From: Octopus sinensis | Taxonomy: Eukaryota | Assembly (NCBI RefSeq): GCF_006345805.1 | Contig: NC_043022.1 | Location: 21,452,001-21,516,000, forward strand | Length of the DNA stretch: 64,000 nucleotides | Direction of reading: 5' to 3' | Shown here: positions 12,707 to 25,169 of the stretch, in pieces | How the letters are laid out: every line of letters begins with the position of its first letter | Position numbering within the stretch: position 1 is the stretch's first letter | Notes under the pieces: generated by a model | Seen by the model: the letters and a program-made list of their open reading frames with translations, nothing else | Database searches by the model: none | Told to the model about the DNA's origin: nothing | Position numbers and translations under genes: made by a program

Positions 12707-13101
12707 GGCATGGGATCAAAATATTGGTGTGTTGAATTAGCTTCCGGCATTGTTCTACTCCAGCTGTCTTTCAACATACAGGACAACTTTGCACATGTCC
12801 CCTTAGCAATAAATAATCAGCAGACAAAATGCAGGGGTCAACAACAGCTCGTGATGACACTGCCCTAGCATAGCTACAGTCAATCACTAATACAAGAAAA
12901 AAAAAAAAAAACTAAAAAGAATATTTAATTATTGAGTAGACAAAACAGTGAGAATTAAAACAATGAAGTGCATATTTATTTCTAAAACACTGGGTTCAGG
13001 TGCAGCTGTGAGATGAGAAGTTTGCCTTCTGACTACAAGCTTGGGCTGCCTTGGAGAATTTTTAGTTGAATGTTGTCAACCCTGGTACTTTTTTTTTTTA
13101 G

Positions 13102-13322
13102 CCCTTTAGCATTTAAACCAGCCATATCCAGCCAAAAGTATTCTGCCTGTTTTATGTTCAAACTGGCTAGATCTGGTCTCTCACACCAACCCTACAATAT
13201 CGTTTTAAAATTTAACAGCAACCTCATCAAAATCTCATAGCTACAAGATAATGCCTGATTAGTTCAAAACAATGTGGATAAAAAAGGATTAATTTTGGAA
13301 GAATAATGCGAACACTAAAGGG
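13102..13322 (+). mobile_element. piggyBac-type MITE, family P2
   Basis: CCCTTTAG...CTAAAGGG-TTAA; copies at 16880-17323, 23010-23318, 47550-47770, 47925-48306 and 53445-53625. Confidence 0.85.
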
Positions 13323-13441
13323 TTAAAGCTTGGTATTTATTCTATCAGTCTCTTTTACCAAACCACTAAGTTTCGGGGACATAAACACACCAGTACCGGT
13401 TGTCAAACAGTGTATGTGTGTGGGAGAACAAACACAGACAT

Positions 13442-13484
<43 letters not shown>

Positions 13485-13556
13485 GCAAAGGGTAAATTGT
13501 CATAGTGTTGAACTTCCAGATATATATATCTATATCTATCTATCTATCTATCTATC

Positions 13557-13607
<51 letters not shown>

Positions 13608-13891
13608 ACAGGAAGGTTTACGAAAATAAGAGAGAGAGAAAGTGGTTGTATACTGTCAACTTAACTTGACAGTCCCGTAAGGGAAATACACCACCGCTAT
13701 TTAGCCCTAGGAAGCATCAACACTTCCTGTCGGCCTTGACACATTTCCTGTGTCCTTATATATTTATGAAGGGGAGACAAACATCCCCAACGGCTAGGCC
13801 TGCATCTAGAGACATGCATGTTTCAGAGTCTTGCCCATCATCAGTCTAGAGTAGCAAGGCCTGCTAGCTGAAGATATTTGTCTAGACTTCG

Positions 13892-13895
<4 letters not shown>
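13608..13895 (-). mobile_element. Two adjacent Penelope-like (pseudo-LTR-type) non-coding pieces embedded in (TA)n
   Basis: Flanked by (TA)n; shared TTTACGAA terminal motif also seen at 39115; contains a hammerhead motif. Confidence 0.55.
13805..13850 (-). ncRNA. Minimal type-I hammerhead ribozyme motif
   Basis: Minus strand: TCTAGA-CTGATGA-T-GGG CAAGAC TCT-GAAAC-ATGCAT-GTC-TCTAGA; 6-bp stem I, palindromic stem III, GUC triplet; stem II weak (two G-U pairs). Confidence 0.75.
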
Positions 13896-13937
<42 letters not shown>

Positions 13938-14420
13938 CAGTGAAGTTTATTCAGAAATATTAAATTTCTAAATATCTATGAGATGTTTAGAAATTTAATA
14001 TTTCTGATATATATATATATATACTTAAATATACACAATTTGGTAGACAAAACTGAAAGAAGCCCATCATATAAATATATCAATGTGTACGTGTCTTTGT
14101 GTCTGTGTTTTTTCCCGCATCAGTGTTGGTGTGTTTATGTCCCCATAACTTAGCAGTTTAGCAAAAGACAGAATAAGTACCAGCCTTTAAAAAATAGGTC
14201 CTGGGGTCAATACATTCGACTAAAAGTTCTTCAAGACAGTACCCCAGTCTAATGGCTGAAACAAATAAAGGATAAAAGATGTGATTGTTCATTTTTAGAC
14301 TGACATTGTAGGGTAGGTATTAAAGGCCAGATCTGGTTGGTTTGAGAATATAACAAGGAACAATATGCTAAAGAGTTAATGATATCTTGATTTTTGTATT
14401 CTGGTTTTCTTTTTTGTTGC

Positions 14421-14547
14421 TTTTTTTTTTACGGGGCCAGGCGAGGCTGGGGCCAGGCGAGGCTGGGGCCAGGCGAGGCTGGGGCCAGCCTCTGCTTTTT
14501 TTTTTTTACGGGGCCAGGCGAGGCTGGGGCCAGCCTCGCCTGGCCCC
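14421..14547. repeat. 16-bp tandem repeat plus a perfect 17-bp inverted repeat at the 5' junction of a family C element
   Basis: (GGGGCCAGGCGAGGCT)x3; arms 14510-14526 and 14531-14547. Confidence 0.9.
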
Positions 14548-14780
14548 CATGCCGGTGGCACATAAAAGCACCGTTGCCAGCTCTGTCTAGCCCCTGTGCG
14601 GGTGGCACGTAAAAAGCACCCACTACACTCATGGAGTGGTTGGCATTAGGAAGGGCATCCAGCAGAAGAAACACTGCCAGATCAGACTGGGCCTGATGCA
14701 GCCTTCTGGCTTCACAGACCCCAGTTGAACCGTCCAACCCATGCTAGCATGGAAAGCGGACGCTAAATGATGATGATGAT
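14548..14780 (+). mobile_element. Family C element
   Basis: GTGGCACGTAAAAAGCAC...AACCCATGCTAGCATGGAAAGCGGACGCTAAATGATG. Confidence 0.85.
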
Positions 14781-15989
14781 GACTGCAGTATGCAGCCCAA
14801 CAGACCAGACGTCCTGCTAAGAAACTCACACATTTCAGTGACAGATTTAATGTGTCTCTGTACAAAAGGGTTAAATTTAAAAGACAGTCCTTGAATAGAA
14901 AGAAACAAACGAATAAAACAAAGCTGTTTCATCAAAACACTTCCACCTCGTAAAGTTTTCCTCTCACTGACATATATTTGCTATCTGTATTTCTAGCTAT
15001 TTATCTTTCTAGCCATATACCTGGCTATTTATTTCTACCTGTATGTCTATCTTTTATCCTCATGTCTGGTTATTTATCTATCTCTATGTGTAGCTATTTA
15101 TCTTTACCTGACTATCTAGCTGCTTCTCTCTCTCTCTCTTTAAGTCTGGCTTCTTATCAACATGTCTGTCTCACTATTTATCTCTATCTATCCATCTAGC
15201 TATTTTACCTATCTGTATCTCAGCTATTTATCTCTTCTCTGCTTGTCTAGTTATATCTATCTATATATTTCGGTAGTTATCAATCTATTAGTATATTTAT
15301 TAGCATATCTATCTATCTTTTATGTAGCTATTTATCTACCTGTCTGTCAGACTATTTATTTATCTTGTATTTCTAGGTATTTCTCTTCTATGTATATACG
15401 TCACTATTTATCTACCAGTCTGCCTAACTATTTATCTGTAGTCAGGCCTATTTATCTGTCTATCTGTATATCTGTGTCCGTTCATATATCTGTCCAAATA
15501 CCTATTTGTTTACCTATTTATTTGCAGCATTTTAAAGAGCTAGTGGTGGTAAGAGAGTGATGAGTGGGACAGGAGTGCAAAAGCAACAAATTCATAATAC
15601 GAAAAATAAAGGAAAAAAAGAAAAGGTGAGATAGTCACACACAGACACTAGAACAACTAACGAAGACAATAGTCAGAGGAAGAAAATTAAAAGAGAAAAG
15701 ACAATTCCAGCCAATTTTAGTCTGTTATTCTTGTCTAAAATGCCAAAACTACTTTACAACCATTTGCCGACCATTGTAGTCTGGATGTAATCAGCCGAGA
15801 TAAATTTAGACAGAAAGACCAGAGACAAAATAGACAACACCCAGAAGTGTCTAGAGATGGTTATATTGTTGTAGGATGTTATATTTAGACTTAAATCAGT
15901 TTATTATCAGACAAAAGGTGAAAGGTACTCCAGCCATGACCAACCCATCTTTTTTTCCATTTTTTAATTTTTTTTCAGGTATGATGGAC

Positions 15990-16540
15990 ACTCTTAATAA
16001 GCATCCTCTGTTTGATCAATTGAATAAAGTCATCAAAAACGAAGTTCTACATCTACAACACATCAGTTCTCTCCATTTTCCTTTATGGAGCAGAAACATG
16101 GCCCCTTTCAAAGACCCTGGCAAGGAAGATTGATGACTTCAATAGCAGAGCCCTTAGAACCATCACAAAACATCAGATGGTACCATCATGTTTCCAACAA
16201 AGAACTGCATATGTGTGCACATCAGCCCACAGTTTCCCACCTCATAGTTATCCACTATAGGTGCTGGTACAGACATGTCCTCTGTCTCTCATGAAATCAC
16301 TCCACCAGAGCTTTACTCTCATTTGACACAGCAGCTCCAGGCTGGAAGAGGTACTTGTGCCAGGTCTCATGGCAGGCCACGTGGTATCAGATGGCTGGTC
16401 ACGATTAAGGAAGATCTCCAGGGGCTTGACATCACCTTGGAGGATGTAGAAGACCCAGCTGGCTCTACACATGATGACCCCTCTGGGACCACTAACTTCG
16501 AATGAACTCAGCTGAATCAAGCAAGAGTATGAAACCATCC
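15990..16540 (+). pseudogene. RTE-clade LINE ORF 3' fragment
   Basis: KTKFYIYNTSVLSIFLYGAETWPL...NIRWYHHVSNKEL...GRPRGIRWLVTIKEDL with frameshifts; related 3' end at 26485-26720. Confidence 0.85.
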
Positions 16541-16879
16541 AGAAGCCAAGCCATCATTGAATTAGTATATGAAGGTTCCTGAATATTTCACAGACACATG
16601 TAGCCTTTAAGATAACAATCAATTAGAACTATCTTTCTGCAAAATCAACATAACAGTGGACCCTTTAAATAACAGGTGTACATTTCTATGTAGTTTCCAT
16701 CTAGTTAGGCTTGGGTCGACCTGAAACTATGATAAACGCATTTTCCCATGATGCCATGCAGTGGGATTGAACTTGGGACCAGATGGCTGGAAAGTGAATT
16801 TCTCAATAGTGCAACCAATGTGGTGATTTTAAGTTAATCAGCTACTATTTCTATCAGGTCAATAGATAGTTATATTTAA

Positions 16880-17323
16880 CCCTTTAGCATTCAGATTATT
16901 CTGTCAAATGTAATGCTTATTTATTCACATTGTTTTGAATTAATCATGCTTTATCTTTTTGTGTTGAGATTTTGATGATGTGCTTGTTTATTTTTTAGAA
17001 TGACATTGTAGAGAAGGTGTGAGAAACCAGATCTGGTCAGTTTAACCCTTTAGTATTTAAACCGGCCATATCCGGCCAAAATAGTTAATCTGTTTTATGT
17101 TCAAACTGACCAGATCCAGGCTCTCACACCTACCCTACAATGTTAATCTACATTAGGTAATTACACCATCAAGATCTTGAAGATATGAGATAATGCATGA
17201 TTAATTCAAATCAATGGGAATCAATAAGCATTATGTTTGATAGAATAATCTGAACACTAAAGGGTTAAATATAAAACAGGTAGAATATTTTGGCCAGATA
17301 TGACCGGTTTAAATACTAAAAGG
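16880..17323. mobile_element. P2 MITE (17046-17264) nested at a TTAA site inside an oppositely oriented P2 MITE
   Basis: TTAA at 16876, 17042 and 17265; the outer element resumes at 17269. Confidence 0.85.
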
Positions 17324-18270
17324 TTACGCTAAAGCAAGATACTGAGATCTAAGAAAAGCCATGAGATAATGTAGGTCTCCATGCTCCAAGAAGACATGAG
17401 GTGAAACAATGAAAGGAAACACGAGGAATTCTGAAGAATTTTGATAATATTTGGGAGGGAAAAAAAGGTTTGTATGGGGGAGAAGTGAGTCATCTTTTGT
17501 TTCTGACAATGCTGGAAGAAGACCGCAAATGAAAATGAGAAAAAGGCAGTGAGTGAATAGGAATAAAGATAGGGGTTTGTTGTTGATGATCTTGCTGTTG
17601 TTATTCAGCCTTATTTTAATCCTGATTCCAGCTATGACAATCCCAATTTTCTTTTAAGTTTAGTTTACCGAGGCCTACATTATGCAATGTTTCCACTTAT
17701 TCTTTTAAGATAGTAAGGGAGTAATCTGAGGCAGGTTTAGCTGCTACTTCTAGCAGGATAAGCAACCACATAAAGGTGTAAAGGTACAGCTTGGTACTAG
17801 TGACATCACAACTCATTTCTACAGCTGGGTGAACTGGAGCAATGTGAAATAAAGTGTCTTGCTGAAGAACACAAAACACAGCCCTGTCCAGGAATTGAAC
17901 TTACTACCTCATGATTGCGAGCCCAATGCTCTAACCACTGAGCCATGTGCCCTCACACATAGACTACATAGAATAAATAAGCATACCCAAATACACATCC
18001 AAGCCTCACTGGTATTCTCTCTAGAGAACAATAATTCTTGGAATCTATAAGATGCCAACATGCCAAAATTATAAATATCACTGAATATTTAGTCTATGAA
18101 AGGGAAGTAGAGTCTTAATGTCTTAGCCTACCAATGGAGGGTTACTCAAACTGACTACTACATGCAATGAGTGAAGGTGCATAACTGAACAAGTACTTTT
18201 ACTATCTTGTGATACTAAGTTGAAATTTTTATATCAAGTACTAATGAGGTGTTGTACACACACACACACA

Positions 18271-18314
<44 letters not shown>

Positions 18315-19526
18315 AATTATATGACACACCAGCTCTTTCAGTTTACATCACAGAGAAAACAACAAATCACTCAAAATACCAACCAACAAACATCACATGA
18401 TCCATCTTGGATAATGTCAGCCCATGCCAGGGGTGATAAAATACAGTACCAGTCACATACTGAGGTTGATTTAATAAGCTGAGACTAGTATATCTCCCAA
18501 ATGAATTTCTTAGTTCTGCTTGTGCTTTAGGGGAAGACAGGAGTGTAAACTTCAACAGTTACAATATTCCTGTTAGGAGCAATGATACCTTCACCACCCT
18601 GCCAGTTATTAGCTTTGAAAGGCATTATAATGGGACAATGCCACAAATTCTACAATTAATGGAATACATGACATGTCTATAATCATCACCAATGGAGTTG
18701 ACAGAAGGCATTACAAAGCATGTTCAATTATTGCAACATATGCTTCACCGAGAAATATCATATCATCAATCATCCCAAATCAATAATGAACAAACAAAAA
18801 AAGCGAAAAGGAAACAAAATAAAAATAGAACTGATTAAACAAGTGAGTGAATGAGTTAGTGAAATGAGTAACAGAATGAACAAGTGAAATATTAAGTGAG
18901 AATGAAATAAAGGAGGAGAAAATAAATGAGTGGAAGAGAGGGTGAGTGAATGATGAAACAAGTGGAAGAGTGAGTGAATAAGAGAACAACAAGTGAGCCA
19001 AATTAATGAGAAATTTGAGTGAGGTAAGGTGTGTGTGTGTGTGTGTGAGTGGAGTGATATTCCTTTCTGTGAGTATGAAAGGATTTCACCAAATTGAAAT
19101 AAGTAATGAATGACAGAATAGAAGAATAAAAAAAGGATACTCTAGAACAAGAGAATAAATGGGTTGTTGGTGGAATGGGAAGTCTGAAGAGGTGGAATAT
19201 AACAGGAAAAAGGAACACATTCCCCACCACCACCACCACCACCACCACCACCTGCTACAACCAATAAATATTTAATCACTTTTGTAAAAGGGAAGTGGGG
19301 TAATAATCCTATTGTAGGTGTTATTCTTATATAGTGAATGTAGGTTCCGTATATGCGTGCAAAGATGTCGTATTAACACGTTTTGTGCAAAAGGCAAGGG
19401 GTGGGGGAAGTGTCAGATGTAATTGTGAACAATAAAGATGATAATTTGGAGGGAAAAATATATATACTGGTATGCAAATGGATTTTATGTAGCAGACAAA
19501 TATAATTAAGAAATAATTACAAAATA

Positions 19527-19596
<70 letters not shown>

Positions 19597-19924
19597 AATG
19601 GTTCCAAATTTTGGCACAAAGCCAGCAATTTCAAGGGAAGGGGATAAATCAATTACATCAACTTAGCATTCAACTGGTACTTGTTTTATTGACCCCCCAC
19701 AATGATGAAGGACAAAGTCAATTTGAACTCAGACCATAAGGATGGACAAAAAATGGGGGAGCATCAGAGCCATGAGTTGAGAGGAATTTTGGGGGGGTTT
19801 CGATAATTCACCTCTGTGTTTCGTTCAACATCCTTAAACAACCCTTATTCAGGGATCTTCTGAGTGGGACAGGCTACTTGACCTCAATAAATTCTAACTG
19901 CGCCCCACCTGCAAAGGTCTTGCA

Positions 19925-20225
19925 CTGTTTCCCCGGTATCTATGGCATATGTATTCCCCCCAGCTGGACGGGATGCCAGTCCATCGCAGTGTTACTCAAG
20001 AAACAGGAAGAAAGAGTGAGAGAAAGTTGGGGCAAAAGAGTACAACAGGGGTCGCCACCAGCCCCTGCCAGTGCCTCGTGGAGCTTTAGGTGTTTTCGCT
20101 CAATAAACACACACAACACCCGATCTGGGAATTCAAACCGCAAACCTCTGACTGCGAGTCCACTGCCCTAACCACTGGGTCATTGCGCCGCGGATCAAAT
20201 ACTAATAATAATTGGTTTCTGATTT
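19925..20225 (-). mobile_element. tRNA-derived SINE, family F
   Basis: Head GCGCAATGACCCAGTGGTTAGGGCAG and B-box GGTTTGAATTCC on the minus strand. Confidence 0.8.
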
Positions 20226-20437
20226 AGGCACAAAGTCAACAATTTTTGAAGAAGAGTGTTAATTGATACCATCAACCCTGGTCCTCCAATGGTATTGTAT
20301 TTTATCAACTCCAAAAAGGATGAAAGGCAAAGTCAGCTTTCAGGGGCCACAAAGAAGTGAAACAAATGCTAAAGTATCTTTTTTCTGACACCTTAACAAT
20401 TTTGCCAGCTCATCACCCTGCTGCTGCTACTGCTGCT

Positions 20438-20483
<46 letters not shown>

Positions 20484-20628
20484 TTGATGATGATGATGAT
20501 GACGATGATATCCAATATACATTATGGCAAAGTATAGTAACTTAAATCAACCCCAGAAAGGATAGAATAGATGGATGGATGGATGGATATATATGTGGGT
20601 GAATGGATGAAGAAGGAAAAAGTGATAG

Positions 20629-20677
<49 letters not shown>

Positions 20678-21716
20678 TCTGAGAAATCTAACAGTAAAAG
20701 ACAGAACTTCCGTTACTACCGAGGTGATAATGGTCACTAGTAGTAACACTAAAAATATAAATTATTTCCAAAAATATCACAACAGAAAAAGCTATAGCCA
20801 CTACAGGTTACACAGTTCAGAATTTCTTCAAGCTTGTATGTGTTTACCGGTGTTAGAGTTGGTGTTGTTGTTTAACACCAGGTCAAAACTGATTGAGCAG
20901 ACATATGATCAAAAGTATTCCGTCTGATTTAGGGATATCAAGACTACATTATCCAATGAGCCCCTTTGTAGATAGAATGGTATAATTGAGCTGCTATTTT
21001 TAGCAGATTGAGCAATCACATAGTGCCTTCCTCAATGGCTTGTATCACTTTCGTTGCTGTTATTTTATGTGGTGATGGCGCTGTTAATGATATTGGTGAT
21101 GTTTTATTGATGGTGGGTGGTGATTTGTTGTTTAGCTCAAGTCAGGCTTGATTGACTAGAAAAGGCACTCAAACCATATGTGTCTGTATGTGTATGTGTG
21201 TGAGTGTATGTATGTGTATGTGTGTGTATGCGCGCATGTGCCTGTATTACTACATTATCTGATGTGTCTTTTCCTCTTTTTGAGACGGTAGGATAAATTT
21301 CGAGGAGATTTAGCTGCTATTTCTAACAGGTCGTTGTTACTACAATTGAGTGCCTGTATCTGCGTATTTGTGTGTTTAATTCAATCTCAGTTTTTACTTT
21401 TGCTTGTAGTGAAAGGAATAACTACAAACTATTGCTTTTATAAGCAAAAATGCTGCTATCCAAGCCAAGCCAAGCAGGTCAGGACTGGCAGAAATACCAA
21501 TGCTGGTTGCTGCAGATACATTTTTTTGCTGATGTAGTTTTTTTTCGTTTTTCCTTTTGTTTTCTGCTTGGAAACTATGACTATTTGTCTAGATTCTAAT
21601 GCATGATTTGTTAATTTATCAATCAAGCTTATGAGAAACACTACTGAAGAGACCTTTGATTTATTTCAACACTGCTTGTAAAACTTTTTTTAATTGCACT
21701 TGTGTTTTTTGTTGTT

Positions 21717-21745
21717 GTCTTTCTTTCTTTCTTTCTTTCTTTCCT

Positions 21746-21797
<52 letters not shown>

Positions 21798-21800
21798 TCA
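21717..21800. repeat. (TTTC)n microsatellite
   Basis: Direct reading of the sequence. Confidence 0.95.
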
Positions 21801-22124
21801 TCCACTTTGTCTTCTAATTGCATTCAAGCAATAATTAGTGAGGTGGGGAGATCGGCAGTAACCAAGTGGTTAATATATAGGTTTTTCTTCTCAGTTGTAT
21901 CAAGTTTACAATTTCTTATCTCCTTTCTTGCTGCTGTGTTTTCTTCTGGAAACAAGGAGAGATGTGCAACAGGGATGGGAAAAATTTATAAGGCACATTA
22001 TCCTAGCATCAACAACTGTTCTTGTTGTACAGCACCTAAGATGACCATGATCGAGCAGGTCTATGATCAAAAGTAATGCAGCCATAATTGTTTCATGCTT
22101 TTAAGAGTAACTCAGCTTTATTAA

Positions 22125-22853
22125 CCCTTTCGTTACTGTATTTATTTTGAGATGCTGTGTTTCTTTCAATTACTTTAAATATAACAAAGAATTTAGTAAA
22201 ATAACTTAGTTATCATTAAGCTGGTGTTAGGAACATAAATTGCGACTAAGGTTTGGTGGAAGATTTTAATTCAAAACTTATGAAAACAAGAGGCGCAGGA
22301 GTGGCTGTGTGGTAAGTAGCTTGTTTACCAACCACATGGTTCCGGGTTCAGTCCCACTGCGTGGCACCTTGGGCAAGTGTCTTCTACTATAGCCTCGGGC
22401 CGACCAAAGCCTTGTGAGTGGATTTGGTAGACAGAAACTGAAAGAAGCCTGTCGTATATATGTATATATATATACGTATGTGTGTGTTTGTGTGTCTGTG
22501 TTTGTCCCCCTAGCATTGCTTGACAACCAATGCTGGTGTGTTTACGTCCCCGTAACTTAGCGGTTCGGCAAAAGAGACTAATAGAATAAGTACTGGGCTT
22601 ACAAAGAATAAGTCCCGGGGTCGATTTGCTCGACTAAAGGCGGTGCTCCAGCATAGCCGCAGTCAAATGACTGAAACAAGTAAAAGAGGGTAAAAGAGAG
22701 TAAAGAGAACTATTTAGTAAAATAACTTAGTTATCATTAAGCTGGTGTTAGGAACATTAACTGTGGAAGATTACAATTCAAAACTTATGAAAACAAGACA
22801 TTTGTACTCAGAGCCAGAGCCGGTTTCATACGGGTTGGTAACAAAAGAGTTAA
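22125..22853 (+). mobile_element. P1 MITE interrupted by a family A SINE (22291-22708)
   Basis: MITE ends at both extremes; MITE segment duplicated on either side of the SINE. Confidence 0.85.
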
Positions 22854-23424
22854 AACAGGACACAAACAATTTGTTGTGTTGCTTGTGGGTCCAAAACTCT
22901 CTTCACAGTTGAATAGGACAGAAGAGAAAAAGAACGACTTAACTCACTCTGCAGAACACAACAGTCTCTTAGGCTGCTAGAAATAGGAAACAAATCTCTT
23001 ACATTACATCCCTTTAGCATTTAAACAGGTCATATCCAACCCAAATATTCTACCTGATTTATGTTCAAACTGTCAAGTATTTATCAACCCAGAAGGAAGA
23101 TAGACATTTAGACCAGTTATATCCAACCCAGAATATTCTACGTGTTTTATGTTCAAACTGTCAGTATCTGGCCTCTCACATCTACCCTACAATGTCATTC
23201 AAAAAACATACAATGACATCCTTGAAATCTCAGAGTTACAAGATAAGACATGATTAATTCAAAACAGTGTAAATTAATAAGTATTAAATCTGACAGAATA
23301 TATTTGAGTGCTAAAGGGTTGAACGCGGGACACAAAGTGCTAAAAATTGTAATTGCAATGTAGCTCCTATGAAGCTCTGATGATTTGCTATTTCACTGCC
23401 TAGAAATCACCCTCAGATCAGACT

Positions 23425-23660
23425 TTACCTATTTCTTTACTACCCACAAGGGGCTGAACATAGAGGGGACAAGCAAGGACAGACAAACGGATTAAGTCGA
23501 TTATATTGACCCCAGTGTGTAACTGGTACTTAATTTATCGATCCCAAAAGGATGAAAGGCAAAGTTGACCTCGGCGGAATTTGAACTCAGAACATAGTGG
23601 CAGATGAAATACCGCTAAGCATTTCGCCCGGTGCACTAACATTTCTGCCAGCTTGCCGCC
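23425..23660 (-). mobile_element. Family B SINE, full length
   Basis: Reverse complement of the 1983-2218 unit. Confidence 0.9.
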
Positions 23661-24365
23661 TTTCTTTTTTTTTACAAAATACCTATCTAACTTTACCATC
23701 TAACAAAAAGAAGAAGAAGAAAAGTACTAACGAACTCCTAGATATATTATGTCTCAAAGAAAGATGTGATTATTATGAGAGAAATGCCTCTGACTACAGG
23801 GTTGATCAGAGCTAACTCAGAGCTAAACAACTAAAACACAGTGAAGAGAAAATATTTGAAAAATGAAAGGTAAAAAAGAAAATTATTCTAAGATATCTTC
23901 ATTACAATGGTTCTTAGTAAGATGAGTAGACTAGGAGTGGTAGACTATGGTTTTGAATTGGTTAGAAATATGTTAAAAACATATAAAATATATATATTAA
24001 AAAATAAAGAGAATTGTCGTTCACATTGTTTGGTATCAGATCAGCTGTGATTGGATAAACCATGACAAATAAGCAAGTGAGTCTAAAACTACAATATCCA
24101 ATATTTCCTTTTGAAGGGTGTCTGCTATTTCCAAGAGGTCAAGCAACCACATTTGTAAGGCTACAACGAAGCAGTAACCGTTTCAAATGGCGACACTTTG
24201 TCGAAGAAGAAAGATAAAAATAAATTATGTGTTTATGTGTATGTGCATATCTGTGTATATGTATATATATATGTGTGTGGGGGGGGGGGTTTTATACAGG
24301 TGCTGTTTTATGTGCTTGCGTTGAGTGTGCGTTTGAGTGTACATATGTATAAAAATGCCGCTTTA

Positions 24366-24404
<39 letters not shown>

Positions 24405-24579
24405 GGCAGTAATAATCTGTTCTTCAATTTTACTGACATAATGACCACTCAAACGACGATTCCGTACACGTCTTAGCAACAGAAAGATTTTAGCAGCAGT
24501 AAAAAAAGAAGAAAAAATACTTAACTCAGTTAAGCCTGTTAAGAAATTGACAATAGGTACCTAATAGAAATAAAATTTA

Positions 24580-24668
24580 TATTACTATTATTGTTATTAT
24601 CATCATCATCATCATCATCATCAACATATAATAGAAATAAATTATTATCATTATTATTATTATTGTTA

Positions 24669-24699
<31 letters not shown>

Positions 24700-24867
24700 G
24701 TTATATTATTATTATTATCATCATCATCACCACCACCACCACCATCATCATTATCATATAAATAAATTATTATCATCATCATCACCACCACCATCATCAT
24801 CACTAACATATAATAGAAATAATTATTATTATTATTATTATTATCGTTATTATCATTATTATTATTA

Positions 24868-24910
<43 letters not shown>

Positions 24911-25010
24911 CATCACCATCATCACCACCACCATCATCATCATTATCATATAAATAAAATATTATCATCATCATTATCATCACTACCATCATCATCATCA
25001 TCATAATATA
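24580..25010. repeat. Compound (ATT)/(ATC)/(ACC) microsatellite with block-level duplications
   Basis: AATAGAAATAA anchors recur at about 24563, 24630 and 24812. Confidence 0.85.
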
Positions 25011-25169
25011 AACAAATATATAAAACAAATAAAAGCAGACTGGACAAAAAAAAAGGCTATACTATTGCATTAGTTAGATGTTTGATCTTATAGTTAGCTA
25101 CAGAACACTTATACTCATTGCAAAGATCTCGTTTAATAACAAGGGGGGTAGTAAACGTCTTTCTATAGA

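Noticed and set aside
18475-18700. Open frame of about 70 codons (…EDRSVNFNSYNIPVRSNDTF…)
   Set aside because: No recognisable motif, both strands look equally protein-like, it abuts decayed SINE sequence and has no donor site.
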